Assembly (NCBI GenBank): GCA_038245295.1
Contig: JBBRSP010000012.1
Coordinates: 64,001 to 128,000 of the forward strand
Source of the DNA: Candidatus Binatia bacterium
GTDB taxonomy: Bacteria; Desulfobacterota; Binatia; HRBIN30
Length of the DNA stretch: 64,000 nt
Direction: 5' to 3'
Shown here: positions 1 to 9,440 of the stretch, one piece after another
Numbering within the stretch: the stretch's first letter is position 1
How the letters are laid out: each line of letters begins with the position of its first letter
Position numbers and translations under genes: made by a program
The notes under the pieces: model-generated
What the model was told of the DNA's origin: nothing
Databases searched by the model: none
Seen by the model: only the letters and a program-made list of their open reading frames with translations

Positions 1-1
1 G

Positions 2-451
2 TTCGATCTCGTCTGCGCCCTCGACGTGATCGAACATGTCGAAGATGATCGAGGCGTCTTCGCCGAAGTGGTGCGTGTGCTCAAAGACGACGGCGTGCTG
101 ATCTTCTCGGTTCCGGTGCACCCGCACCTGTGGAGCGAAGTCGACGAGTTTGTCGGTCACGTGCGGCGCTACGACCCGGTTGAGCTGTCGGCTCTGCTCT
201 CCAGCAGGGATCTGCACATCGAGAAGAGTGCCGTCTTCGGGATGCAGCCAACCAACCCGCGGTTGGTGAATCTCGGCATGTGGTGGCTCAAGCATCACCG
301 GCGCCTCGCGATGCTCTCCTACAATCGCCTCATTCTGCCGTGGGGAATCTTCTTTCAGAAACCGCTGCGGTGGGTCGAAGACCTGATCGATACGACCGGA
401 GTCGACGAGATCGTCGTCGTGTGCCGGCGTCGCGCCCTTGCACGTCGATGA
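2..451 (+). CDS. Class I SAM-dependent methyltransferase, 5'-truncated by the window edge
   Basis: Frame reads FDLVCALDVIEHVEDD...RVLKDDGVLIFSVP...DEFVGHVRRY, typical of Methyltransf_11/23 C-terminal halves. Confidence 0.8.
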   Translation, partial: FDLVCALDVIEHVEDDRGVFAEVVRVLKDDGVLIFSVPVHPHLWSEVDEFVGHVRRYDPVELSALLSSRDLHIEKSAVFGMQPTNPRLVNLGMWWLKHHRRLAMLSYNRLILPWGIFFQKPLRWVEDLIDTTGVDEIVVVCRRRALARR

Positions 452-477
452 GCCCGCCGCCTATGGGGTCGGGCTCG

Positions 478-2670
478 ATGATTTCTATTGAAAAGCGGTT
501 GGCCGAGGAGCTTTCGGCGAACGAGTGGCAAATCGAAGCCGCGATCGCCCTACTCGACGGTGGCGCTACGGTACCGTTCATCGCGCGCTACCGCAAAGAA
601 GCGACGGGTGGTCTCGACGACGTGCAACTGCGGGCCCTCGAGCAGCGCCTGACCTACCTGCGCGAGTTGGAGGCGCGCCGCGCCACGGTCCTCGAAAGTA
701 TCCGAGCCCAGGGAGCCCTGACACCCGAGCTCGAACAAGCGATCCTGGCGGCGGATACACGCACACGCCTCGAAGATCTCTACCTGCCATTCCGCCCAAA
801 ACGCCGCACCAAGGCACAGATCGCCCGCGAGGCCGGTCTCGAGCCGCTGGCGCGTGCCATCTTCGAAGATCCGAGCCAGCCGCCGGCGCGGCGCGCCGCG
901 GCCTTCGTTGACGCGAGCAAAGAGGTCCCCGATGTCGACAGTGCTCTCGATGGCGCGCGCCATATCTTGATCGAGCATTTCAGCGAGGAGCCGAACCTGC
1001 TCGGTCGCCTGCGCCAGCATCTGTGGGAGCGCGGTGAGCTGAGCGCCAAAGTCGCCAAGGGTAAGGAAACGCAAGGCGCCAAGTTTGCCGACTACTTCGC
1101 GTTTACCGAGGCCATCAAGAAGGTCCCGTCGCATCGGGCCCTGGCGTTGTTTCGCGGCGAGACCGAAGACGTGCTGCGCCTGGCGCTGACACTTCCAGAA
1201 GATGAGCGCCGCGGCGCCAACGAGCCGCTGATCGGTGAAACGATGATCGCCGGCCATTTCGGAATTCGCGATCGCGGTCGCCCGGCCGACACCTGGCTGA
1301 AAGAAAGTGTAAGCCTTGCCTGGAAGACCAAACTGCAACCGCAGATCCAGCGTGATCTGACCGCAACCCTGCGCCAACAGGCCGAGGAAGAGGCCATTCG
1401 TGTCTTCAGCCGCAATCTGCGCGACCTCCTACTGGCGGCACCGGCGGGCTCGTGCGCGACGCTCGGCCTCGATCCGGGAATCCGCACCGGCGTCAAGGTG
1501 GCCGTCGTCGACGGGACCGGCAAGGTGCTCGCCACCGCGACGATTTATCCGCACGCACCGCGCAACGACTGGGAAGGCGCCCTGCACACCCTAAGCAATT
1601 TGACGCAATGCTACCGGGCGGCCCTGATCGCTATCGGCAACGGCACGGCTTCACGCGAGACCGACAAGTTGGCGGGCGAGCTACTGCGACGCCACCCCGA
1701 CCTCGACTGTCGCAAAGCCATGGTCAGCGAGGCCGGCGCCTCGGTGTACTCCGCCTCAGAGCTGGCATCACAGGAATTGCCGGAGCTCGACGTATCGCTA
1801 CGCGGCGCCGTATCGATCGCACGACGGTTGCAGGATCCGCTCGCCGAGTTGGTCAAGATCGACCCCCAATCAATCGGCGTTGGCCAGTATCAGCACGACG
1901 TCAATCAAGCCGACCTGGCCCGCGCCCTCACAGCGGTCGTCGAGGACTGCGTCAATGCCGTTGGTGTAGACGTCAACACAGCCTCGGTTCCCTTGCTGGC
2001 GCGCGTTTCCGGTTTGCACGCCGGCCTGGCCGCCAATATCGTCGCCTATCGCGATGCCAACGGCGCCTTTGCCGACCGCCGCCAACTCAAGAAAGTACCG
2101 CGTCTCGGCGCCCGCGCCTTTGAACAGGCCGCCGGCTTTCTGCGCATCTCGGGCGGTAGTAACCCACTCGACGCGTCGGCCGTGCACCCGGAGGCCTATC
2201 CGGTCGTCGAACGTCTGCTGGCCCGTCACAAACGCAGCTTGCAGCAGACGATCGGCGACGATGCCTTCCTACGCAGCCTCGTTCCCGCCGAGCTTGCCGA
2301 CGCGACATTCGGCGAGCCGACGGTGCGCGACATCCTGGCGGAGCTCGAGAAGCCCGGACGTGATCCGCGCCCGCAGTTCAAGACGGCGACCTTCCGCGAA
2401 GGCATTGACCGCCTGGAAGATCTCCAACCAGGCATTGTCCTCGAGGGCGTCGTCAGCAACGTCACCAACTTTGGCGCCTTCGTCGACGTCGGCGTCCACC
2501 AGGACGGTCTGGTCCACATCTCCGCACTCGCAAACCGCTTCGTGCGCGACCCACACGAGGTGGTGAAGGCCGGCGATGTCGTGCGTGTAAAGGTACTCAG
2601 CATCGATCTGCCACGTCGGCGCATCGCCCTGACCATGCGCCTCGACGATGCTGCGGGGGCGCCGATATGA
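478..2670 (+). CDS. tex: Tex-family RNA-binding transcription accessory protein
   Basis: GATVPFIARYRKEATGGLD, LGLDPGIRTGVKVA, IGVGQYQHD, C-terminal S1 domain (VTNFGAFVDVGVHQDGLVHIS); start placed at ATG 478 (448 also possible). Confidence 0.95.
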   Translation: MISIEKRLAEELSANEWQIEAAIALLDGGATVPFIARYRKEATGGLDDVQLRALEQRLTYLRELEARRATVLESIRAQGALTPELEQAILAADTRTRLEDLYLPFRPKRRTKAQIAREAGLEPLARAIFEDPSQPPARRAAAFVDASKEVPDVDSALDGARHILIEHFSEEPNLLGRLRQHLWERGELSAKVAKGKETQGAKFADYFAFTEAIKKVPSHRALALFRGETEDVLRLALTLPEDERRGANEPLIGETMIAGHFGIRDRGRPADTWLKESVSLAWKTKLQPQIQRDLTATLRQQAEEEAIRVFSRNLRDLLLAAPAGSCATLGLDPGIRTGVKVAVVDGTGKVLATATIYPHAPRNDWEGALHTLSNLTQCYRAALIAIGNGTASRETDKLAGELLRRHPDLDCRKAMVSEAGASVYSASELASQELPELDVSLRGAVSIARRLQDPLAELVKIDPQSIGVGQYQHDVNQADLARALTAVVEDCVNAVGVDVNTASVPLLARVSGLHAGLAANIVAYRDANGAFADRRQLKKVPRLGARAFEQAAGFLRISGGSNPLDASAVHPEAYPVVERLLARHKRSLQQTIGDDAFLRSLVPAELADATFGEPTVRDILAELEKPGRDPRPQFKTATFREGIDRLEDLQPGIVLEGVVSNVTNFGAFVDVGVHQDGLVHISALANRFVRDPHEVVKAGDVVRVKVLSIDLPRRRIALTMRLDDAAGAPI

Positions 2671-2781
2671 GCGACGTCACTCTCGAGTGCGATCCCTGAC
2701 CTCAGGCGCCCGGTCATACCCTCCCCTGTCGAATAGGGATACGTGCTTGCCGCTTCGGCAATCATTGCGTAGAAGGCGGCA

Positions 2782-3996
2782 ATGATACGGAATCGGATTG
2801 TGGTTTGGGGTCGTGCGCTGGTGGTCCTGGCGCTGCTGGTTACAGCAGCGCAGGCCGAGCCGTATCTAGCGGTGCGCGAGGGCATGAAGTGCAGCGGTTG
2901 CCACACCAACATGAGCGGCGGCGGCAAACGCACCGAGCTCGTCGGCATCCACGCCCGCGAACTGCTGCACTACCCGACCTTCCTCGGCAAGTTTTCGAAC
3001 CCCAGCGAATACTTCAGCGGCGATCTCAATCAGTTCGTTGGGCTCGGCAGCGACTTGCGTGTCAGCGACACCCTGTTGTTTCAGGACAAGGGCGTCAACG
3101 GACGCGTCGACAACAACAAGGTCTTCCGTGGCCGCCTCGAGAGCAACAATATCGACGTCACCCAATTCGTCCTCTACGGCGAAGTGCGGCTGATTCCGGA
3201 CACTCTGTCCCTGTACATCGATCAGCGCTTTCAGCCGACCACCGACAATCGCGAAGCCTTCGGCATGTTGAAGGGTGTTCTGCCGTGGAACGGCTTCGTC
3301 AAGGTCGGGCGCATGTTCCTGCCCTACGGGCTGCAACTCCAAGACGATAACGCCTTCATCCGTGGCGGCTATCTGGGCTCGGCCAACACCGGATTCAATT
3401 TCAACTTGCAGGAAGCGGCGGGCGAGATCGGTTTCGAACCCGGACCGTGCAGCTTCATGCTGGCGGTCAGCGACGGGTCGAGCGGTGACCGCGACGTGCG
3501 CGTCACCGGCACGGCTTCGACCCTGTTCGACGAACTCCCCGTGGTGCGCAATGTCTTACTCGGAACGTCGTTCTCGCGTATCGGCCCCAGCGGCTCGGAG
3601 ACGACCGTGTTCGGCTTCTTCGCCGGCACCAACATCGAGCGACTGTCGGTCCTCGCCGAGGCCGACTTCCGCAGCGACAAGACGCCGGACACTCAGGGCC
3701 GCAACGTCGGGCGCTTCATCACGTACGTCGAGGCCGACTACCTGCTGTTCGACTGGCTCAACGTGAAGTCAGCCGTCGACTATGCCGACGATGACGGACA
3801 GCTGACACGTGCGGTCAACGGGCAACAAGTTGTCGCCGTGAGTCACGACTCAGAAAGCCGCGTGAGTGTGGGACTCGAACCCTTCCTCAACCGCTACTTT
3901 CAGCCGCGCATCTTCTACCGCATCGGCAATGGCGTGAAGTCGCAGCCGACCCACAACCAGAACACCCTGATGTTCGAAGCCCACATGTTCTTCTGA
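2782..3996 (+). CDS. Secreted outer-membrane beta-barrel with N-terminal CxxCH heme site (cytochrome-porin fusion candidate)
   Basis: Signal peptide ending AQA; EPYLAVREGMKCSGCH; beta-strand-like pattern; C-terminal aromatic (FEAHMFF). Confidence 0.65.
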   Translation: MIRNRIVVWGRALVVLALLVTAAQAEPYLAVREGMKCSGCHTNMSGGGKRTELVGIHARELLHYPTFLGKFSNPSEYFSGDLNQFVGLGSDLRVSDTLLFQDKGVNGRVDNNKVFRGRLESNNIDVTQFVLYGEVRLIPDTLSLYIDQRFQPTTDNREAFGMLKGVLPWNGFVKVGRMFLPYGLQLQDDNAFIRGGYLGSANTGFNFNLQEAAGEIGFEPGPCSFMLAVSDGSSGDRDVRVTGTASTLFDELPVVRNVLLGTSFSRIGPSGSETTVFGFFAGTNIERLSVLAEADFRSDKTPDTQGRNVGRFITYVEADYLLFDWLNVKSAVDYADDDGQLTRAVNGQQVVAVSHDSESRVSVGLEPFLNRYFQPRIFYRIGNGVKSQPTHNQNTLMFEAHMFF

Positions 3997-4063
3997 CCAG
4001 CACCGCGGCGGTCCTTGGCGCGTCGATGATCGCTCACGGAGCGGTGAGCGTGATTGTTGTGGT

Positions 4064-4192
4064 GTGATCGACGGCCTGTGGGCTCTAGCCTTCGAAAATG
4101 GTGCCGCGGCCGAAGCGGCAAACGCGATCTATTTCACCGCCGGCCCGAGCGGCGAGGGAAACGGGTTGTTCGGAATGCTGCAACCGAAATAG
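4064..4192 (+). pseudogene. Orphan C-terminal fragment of a TIGR03118-like protein
   Basis: Hand translation VIDGLWALAFENGAAAEAANAIYFTAGPSGEGNGLFGMLQPK* resembles the IDGLW...LYFTAGP...GLFG terminus of that family; no upstream body. Confidence 0.6.
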
Positions 4193-4319
4193 TCGTGTGT
4201 CCGACCGCCCCTAAGCGGCCACTCGGGCGTCGCGCGAAGCCGCGCTCTCCGAGCGCGGCTTCGCGTCGCCTGAGGCACACGCTTGCCCGCGCACTTCTTT
4301 GGTGCGATCGATCTAGGCG

Positions 4320-4508
4320 ATGAGCAAGACGCCAAACGAAACAGAGGCGGCACCGGCAGCGACCGGCGGCACACACCATGATCACGGCCCCGGCTGCGAT
4401 CACGACCACGAGGCAGCCGCACCGTTCGTCCGCGAGGTTCCCAAAGTGGGACGCAACGACGCTTGCCCTTGCGGCAGCGGCAAGAAGTTCAAAAAATGCT
4501 GTGGTTAG
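4320..4508 (+). CDS. Small SEC-C metal-binding motif protein with a His-rich segment
   Basis: [21 protein letters not shown] at C-terminus; [12 protein letters not shown] upstream. Confidence 0.9.
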   Translation: MSKTPNETEAAPAATGGTHHDHGPGCDHDHEAAAPFVREVPKVGRNDACPCGSGKKFKKCCG

Positions 4509-4548
4509 GTCCTAGCCGCGCACGGACAAGCCAGCGCTAGGGTCGCGT

Positions 4549-5022
4549 TCAATGGGGCGATCGGCGACCCGCTCGCCTCGTACTCCAAATGCCAACGGCT
4601 CCCAGCAGGCCGATCAGAACTCCGAAACCAGAACGCGACACGGTCGGCGCATGGGCCACACAGGCCGCACTCGTGGCGCAGTCAGGATCGGCGCAGTCGA
4701 TGAGCATATCGCCATCGTTGTCCCGACCGTCGCTACAGGCACCGGCGCCGGCGTTCGCTTCGTTCGACGTCACCTCGCAATGCGTGCCGCTGAATCCGGT
4801 GTTGCAAGCGCAATTGCCGGAATCACAAAATCCGCTTTCGGGCAGAACGTTGCAGTCGGCATTCTCGGCAGTGCAGCCGCAATCGGTATTGAGCATACAG
4901 TTCACCGGCAATGCGACGGAACGATCGTTGCCCATCAGCAGCAACACCGCGGCCGCGATCACCACAGCCGCCGCAATCCTCCAGATCCGCCCAACCGGGG
5001 ATGACTTGTCTGCACCACGCAT
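4549..5022 (-). CDS. Secreted Cys-rich protein (EGF-like plus CSDGRDNDGD..IDCADPDC repeat) with IPTL-CTERM-like anchor
   Basis: Hydrophobic N-terminus; CDSGNCACNTGFSGTHCE; C-terminal APTVS + TM helix + RRAGRR. Confidence 0.7.
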   Translation of the reverse strand: MRGADKSSPVGRIWRIAAAVVIAAAVLLLMGNDRSVALPVNCMLNTDCGCTAENADCNVLPESGFCDSGNCACNTGFSGTHCEVTSNEANAGAGACSDGRDNDGDMLIDCADPDCATSAACVAHAPTVSRSGFGVLIGLLGAVGIWSTRRAGRRSPH

Positions 5023-5176
5023 CGTTCTCAACCTTTCGTCCTGACCGGCGACCGCCCAAGGCGACGCCACGCGAACCGCCTTAACACGAACCCAAAGCCA
5101 AGTGAAACCTAAAACTGGGAAACCCGGGGTTCGCCGCACGTCGTCGATCGTCGCCCGGAAGAGCCGCGCCGACAAC

Positions 5177-7648
5177 TCACGGATTGGGCCAAACGATGCT
5201 CCAGGTGATGACACGCTCCTGGCCGAGGCCGCCGCGGTCATCAAGCTTCTTGAACTGCCGCGCGTAACGCCCATCGAGAAAGGTCAGCCCCGTATACGTC
5301 GAGCGCAGCAACACGGGTGGAGCAATCAGGATGCGGTGATTAGGTAGATCGATGAGAACAGCCAGTTGGTCATCGAGCCCGGCCTCACCACGAATCTCGG
5401 TCATCGCCTCGCTACCCGCGATGAGTGTCGTCGCCATGCCTTGCTCGCCGCTATCGCCGTTGCTGCTGTGCCAGTGCAGACGTCCTTCGCCCGGAGCCGC
5501 GCGGCGATACGTGAACCGTTCAACGTGTTTTCCCACCATTTGCAAATTGAGCGGGCAAACGACGGCGTCGTCCGGGCTCGCCGCCTGACACTCAACCCAA
5601 CTCCTGGTGCGATACCCTGGTGTGGGTCCGGCCGTTTCGCCTGGCGTCGCGATCGCCCCCAACGCGCGCCAGCCCGGCATGCCCACCATGGCACTCGAGA
5701 GCACGAGAAACCCCGGCGGTGGTGCGCAATGGGTTGCCTCGAGGATGGCGGCGGTCTGACGTTGGGACAGGCCCGCAGCCTGGAGCTGCTGCGTTGCCGC
5801 GACACGATCCAGCGTAATAATCGTCCCGACCAGACGAGCCGCCACCTCCTCGGTCCAACCGGCTAGCCGCAGCTTCCCGAAAGCACCGCTTTGCTTGCCG
5901 GCCCGGGGTGTTAAATCCGAGCCGCAATCGAGCATGCGCAACAGACCGATGGAGACTTTCTCGTCATCCGTGAATAGAGCCCGCGCCAGCCAATAGGGCA
6001 CATGGGTCGGGAGCGTCCCGCCATCCACCGTCGTACGCCGCTCGGCGACATACTCGGCCCAGTAGCCGTTGGGCCACCAGGTCGTGACGATCGCTGTCGT
6101 CGGTGTCACCGCACGGATATGTTCGAGAGTATCCCACCAGGCGTCATTCATGTTCGGGGCGTACTGCGCCGCGGCGCGATACCCGTCTCGAACCGGCACC
6201 GCCACCAACAGCGCGACGGCAGCAACGCCGGCAAGACCGCTGCCACTCTTGGCTTGCAGCCAGTCGGCGGCGCGGCCGGCCGTGACGGCGCAGGCCACGC
6301 CGATCGGCGGCAGCAACAGGACAACAAAGCGCAAGCCGTCGAGCGACAACGCAAACGCCGCCAGGAACCACGGTACAAAGAGAAAAGCCGCAGCATGATC
6401 GGGCTCAGGCGACTCGTCCGACAGCGACAGTACCAATCCCACCACAAGCGGCAATGCCAGCAGAGCCACCGCCGCCGCCCGTCCCGGCGTCGGGCGGAGC
6501 AGCAGGCACACCAATACTACTGTGCCACCCATCAACACGGCGTAGTGTCGACGCCTCCAGTCACGGCGCGGCAGAACCAGGAACAGCAGGCCGATCCACG
6601 CCACCAGCAACTGCGGCATGCCGGAGAGTGTCGCGGCGATCGTTGGGGCGCTCGCCGCCGACAGCTCGCCGACCGTGGAGAACGCCGAAGGGAACGTGTC
6701 CGAGTTGGCGCTCAGCGGACGAACAACAATCGCCTCGACGGTGCTGGCCACCAGCTGTGCTGCCGTGCTGGGGGCCAAGAGAAAGGCGCCGAGCGGTGCA
6801 CAGGCGAGCGCGGCGCAGGTCAACGCCGCCGCCGTGCCGTGGCCGCGAAGCGCGGTCACCTCCTTGCGCCGGCGGACAAGCAGCGCCGTGATCAATTGGC
6901 CTGCCGCCGCGACGCAAGCAAACACGTAGGAGAATACCCAGCCGTCCCAGGTCAAGGCATGCATACCGACCACCGCGAGCGCCGCCAGAGCGGCGGCAAC
7001 CGTCAGGGTGCGACGCGTCGTTTGCAAGGCGACCAGGACACCCCACGCAAGGAACAATGGCAGGACGACATTCCACACGTCATTGTCACTGCCGATGCTA
7101 CGCCCCAGGAAGAGCGGATTCAGCGCGATCAACAATGCCGCCACGACGGCGCCGGCCAGGCCACCGACGCGCCAGCCCAGGGCAAAGGCCGGCACCACGC
7201 CGAGCACACCCATCACCACCGGCACCAAGGCGGCACTGGCCGGCAGAGGGTAATTCGGGCGCCACCAGGTCATCAGGCGATGCATCCACGCGATGCTGTG
7301 GACGTGCAGCGAGTGCTGGTAGTTCATCGCACCGCCGAGCGGTGCCTGAGTCAACTCATTGCGACACACGCCGTCGACGAAGCGGTCGCAGATGATGCCG
7401 TGATCGAGGAGGTTGTGCGCCTGACGCAGCCAGGCGTAGCTGTCATAGTCGCCGAGATAGACATGTTGCCTGCCGTCGGAGCCCGTGTAGGTCAATTGCT
7501 CCTGGCTTCGCGCCTCGATCCCGGGCCGCAACAGCGGCAGGGTACGCACGCCGCCGACCACAACCATCAATAGAACCAAGACAAGGGGCGCCGTCGCGCT
7601 ACGGTGCACCCGAGCTATGTCGGCAGGCGAGTCGGAATCGGTGCGCAC
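5177..7648 (-). CDS. STT3/AglB/PglB-like oligosaccharyltransferase (GT66)
   Basis: Many TM helices; GDYDSYAWLR, SDNDVWN, STVGEL, TWWPNGYW followed by VDGGT; start approximate (GTG 7648 or 7609). Confidence 0.8.
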   Translation of the reverse strand: MRTDSDSPADIARVHRSATAPLVLVLLMVVVGGVRTLPLLRPGIEARSQEQLTYTGSDGRQHVYLGDYDSYAWLRQAHNLLDHGIICDRFVDGVCRNELTQAPLGGAMNYQHSLHVHSIAWMHRLMTWWRPNYPLPASAALVPVVMGVLGVVPAFALGWRVGGLAGAVVAALLIALNPLFLGRSIGSDNDVWNVVLPLFLAWGVLVALQTTRRTLTVAAALAALAVVGMHALTWDGWVFSYVFACVAAAGQLITALLVRRRKEVTALRGHGTAAALTCAALACAPLGAFLLAPSTAAQLVASTVEAIVVRPLSANSDTFPSAFSTVGELSAASAPTIAATLSGMPQLLVAWIGLLFLVLPRRDWRRRHYAVLMGGTVVLVCLLLRPTPGRAAAVALLALPLVVGLVLSLSDESPEPDHAAAFLFVPWFLAAFALSLDGLRFVVLLLPPIGVACAVTAGRAADWLQAKSGSGLAGVAAVALLVAVPVRDGYRAAAQYAPNMNDAWWDTLEHIRAVTPTTAIVTTWWPNGYWAEYVAERRTTVDGGTLPTHVPYWLARALFTDDEKVSIGLLRMLDCGSDLTPRAGKQSGAFGKLRLAGWTEEVAARLVGTIITLDRVAATQQLQAAGLSQRQTAAILEATHCAPPPGFLVLSSAMVGMPGWRALGAIATPGETAGPTPGYRTRSWVECQAASPDDAVVCPLNLQMVGKHVERFTYRRAAPGEGRLHWHSSNGDSGEQGMATTLIAGSEAMTEIRGEAGLDDQLAVLIDLPNHRILIAPPVLLRSTYTGLTFLDGRYARQFKKLDDRGGLGQERVITWSIVWPNP

Positions 7649-7749
7649 GGATACGGCTATAGACCCGACGGGCGAAGAGCGGCAATCGGCAGTGAGATTG
7701 AACGGACCCGGCGTTGCGGCAGAATCGCCGCGCGGAGTAGACTGAAGCA

Positions 7750-9402
7750 ATGCTGTCGATCGACGAGATTCGAGCCATCCCACTGTTTTCAACGCTGGCC
7801 GATTGCGAGCTGGAGCGGCTGGCGAACACCTCCGCCGACATGCATCTCGCGGCTGGAGAGTTCGCGGTTCCCGAAGGCGGCGAGCGCGCCCTGTTCGCCG
7901 TCCTTGCCGGCAAGATCGAGGTCGTCAAGGCGGTAGAAGGTATCCAGCGCACGCTGGGGTGGCGCCTGCCGGGCACCATCTTCGGCGAGGTTCCGATCAC
8001 CCTCGGAACGCCATTCCCGGGTGGCTATCGCGCCGCCGAGCCGTCGCGCGTTCTGCGCGTCGAGGTCCAACACTATTACGCCGTCGCCGCGGCGGCACCG
8101 GAGATTTCGCTGAAGCTCAGTGCGCTGGCGCGCGATCGCATCGGTGGTCTTCAGGGCATTGCCGCCGAACGGCCAAAGCCGCGTGTCGTCGTGCTCGGCC
8201 ACCGCTGGGACACCGAATGCGGCGACCTGCGACGCTTTCTGGCGCGCAACCAGGTTACCTACGAGTGGGTAACTCCCGATTCCCCCGACCTGAAGAAATG
8301 CTGGGCAGGCGACTGTCCGCCCCAGAGCGATGCGCCGGTGCTGCAATTCGCCGACGGCACGGTGATCACCCGGCCGTGCACCCGGGATCTGGCCGAGCGC
8401 CTCGGACTGCAGACCCGGCCCAGCCTTCCCGAGTACGACACCGTGATCATCGGCGGCGGTCCAGCGGGGCTTGCCGCAGCCGTGTACGGCGCGTCCGAGG
8501 GCTTGCGCACCTTGGTCATCGAACGCGAGGCACCCGGCGGCCAGGCCGGAACGTCGTCACGGATCGAGAACTATCTCGGTTTCCCCAGCGGCGTATCCGG
8601 TGACGAGCTCGCCAGTCGCGCCTTACAGCAAGCAAAACGGCTTGGTGCGGAGATTGTCGTCACACGCTCGGTCGCACGTATCGATCCGACGACGCGCGAG
8701 GTCTTTCTCGATGGTGATGACGTGGTTCACGCCAGAACGATCATCCTCGCCAGCGGCGTGACCTGGCGCCGCCTGGCCATCGACGGTTTCGACAAGTTCA
8801 TCGGCAAGGGCATCTACTACGGTTCGGCGCGCAGCGAAGCGAGCGCCACACACGGACTGGACGTATACTTGATCGGCGCCGGCAATTCGGCCGGTCAGGC
8901 GGCACTCTATTTCGCCAATCACGCCCGCCGCGTGACCCTCGTCGTGCGCGGCGATTCGCTGGAGAAGAGCATGTCGCACTACCTCATCGAGCAGTTGCGC
9001 GGTCGATCAGACATCGCCCTGCAACTACGATCGGAAGTGAAAGCGGTATACGGCGACACCCACCTGACGGCGATCGACATCCTGGATCGTACTACCGGAG
9101 AGACGAGCCGACACGACTGCGGTGGGCTTTTCGTGTTCATCGGAGCCGACGCCGAGACCAGCTGGCTGCCGAGCGAGATTGCACGCGACGCCCTCGGCTA
9201 CATCCCGACGGGCGATGACGTGGTCAAAGCCGGCCGCTGGTCCTACGACCGCGACCCGTACCTTCTCGAATCAAGTGTCCCCGGCATCTTCGCCTGCGGC
9301 GATGTAAGACTGAGCCCGATCAAACGCGTCGCTGCCGCGGTGGGTGAGGGCAGCATGGCGATTGCGTTCGTCCATCAATACCTTCGCAGTCCTGCGTCGT
9401 AG
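7750..9402 (+). CDS. cNMP-binding domain fused to thioredoxin-reductase-like FAD oxidoreductase
   Basis: N-terminal IPLFSTL...GTIFGEVP; IIGGGPAGLAAA; GGQAGTSSRIENYLGFP; IGAGNSAGQAA; GIFACGDVR. Confidence 0.9.
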   Translation: MLSIDEIRAIPLFSTLADCELERLANTSADMHLAAGEFAVPEGGERALFAVLAGKIEVVKAVEGIQRTLGWRLPGTIFGEVPITLGTPFPGGYRAAEPSRVLRVEVQHYYAVAAAAPEISLKLSALARDRIGGLQGIAAERPKPRVVVLGHRWDTECGDLRRFLARNQVTYEWVTPDSPDLKKCWAGDCPPQSDAPVLQFADGTVITRPCTRDLAERLGLQTRPSLPEYDTVIIGGGPAGLAAAVYGASEGLRTLVIEREAPGGQAGTSSRIENYLGFPSGVSGDELASRALQQAKRLGAEIVVTRSVARIDPTTREVFLDGDDVVHARTIILASGVTWRRLAIDGFDKFIGKGIYYGSARSEASATHGLDVYLIGAGNSAGQAALYFANHARRVTLVVRGDSLEKSMSHYLIEQLRGRSDIALQLRSEVKAVYGDTHLTAIDILDRTTGETSRHDCGGLFVFIGADAETSWLPSEIARDALGYIPTGDDVVKAGRWSYDRDPYLLESSVPGIFACGDVRLSPIKRVAAAVGEGSMAIAFVHQYLRSPAS

Positions 9403-9440
9403 AGCTTCGACAACCCGCGCGAGACGTTGACGAAGCCAAC

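Noticed and set aside
280..477. Extended ORF-track N-termini (Tex 280; also NamZ 31383, esterase 43670, ELWxxDGT 11162, nitroreductase 11145)
   Set aside because: They overlap neighbouring genes or repeats; homology-like sequence starts at downstream codons.
6002..7573. Long antisense/shadow ORFs (also 40071-41732, 37617-39104, 48438-49550, 32408-33493)
   Set aside because: They overlap well-supported genes on the other strand or frame and lack motifs; expected in high-GC DNA.
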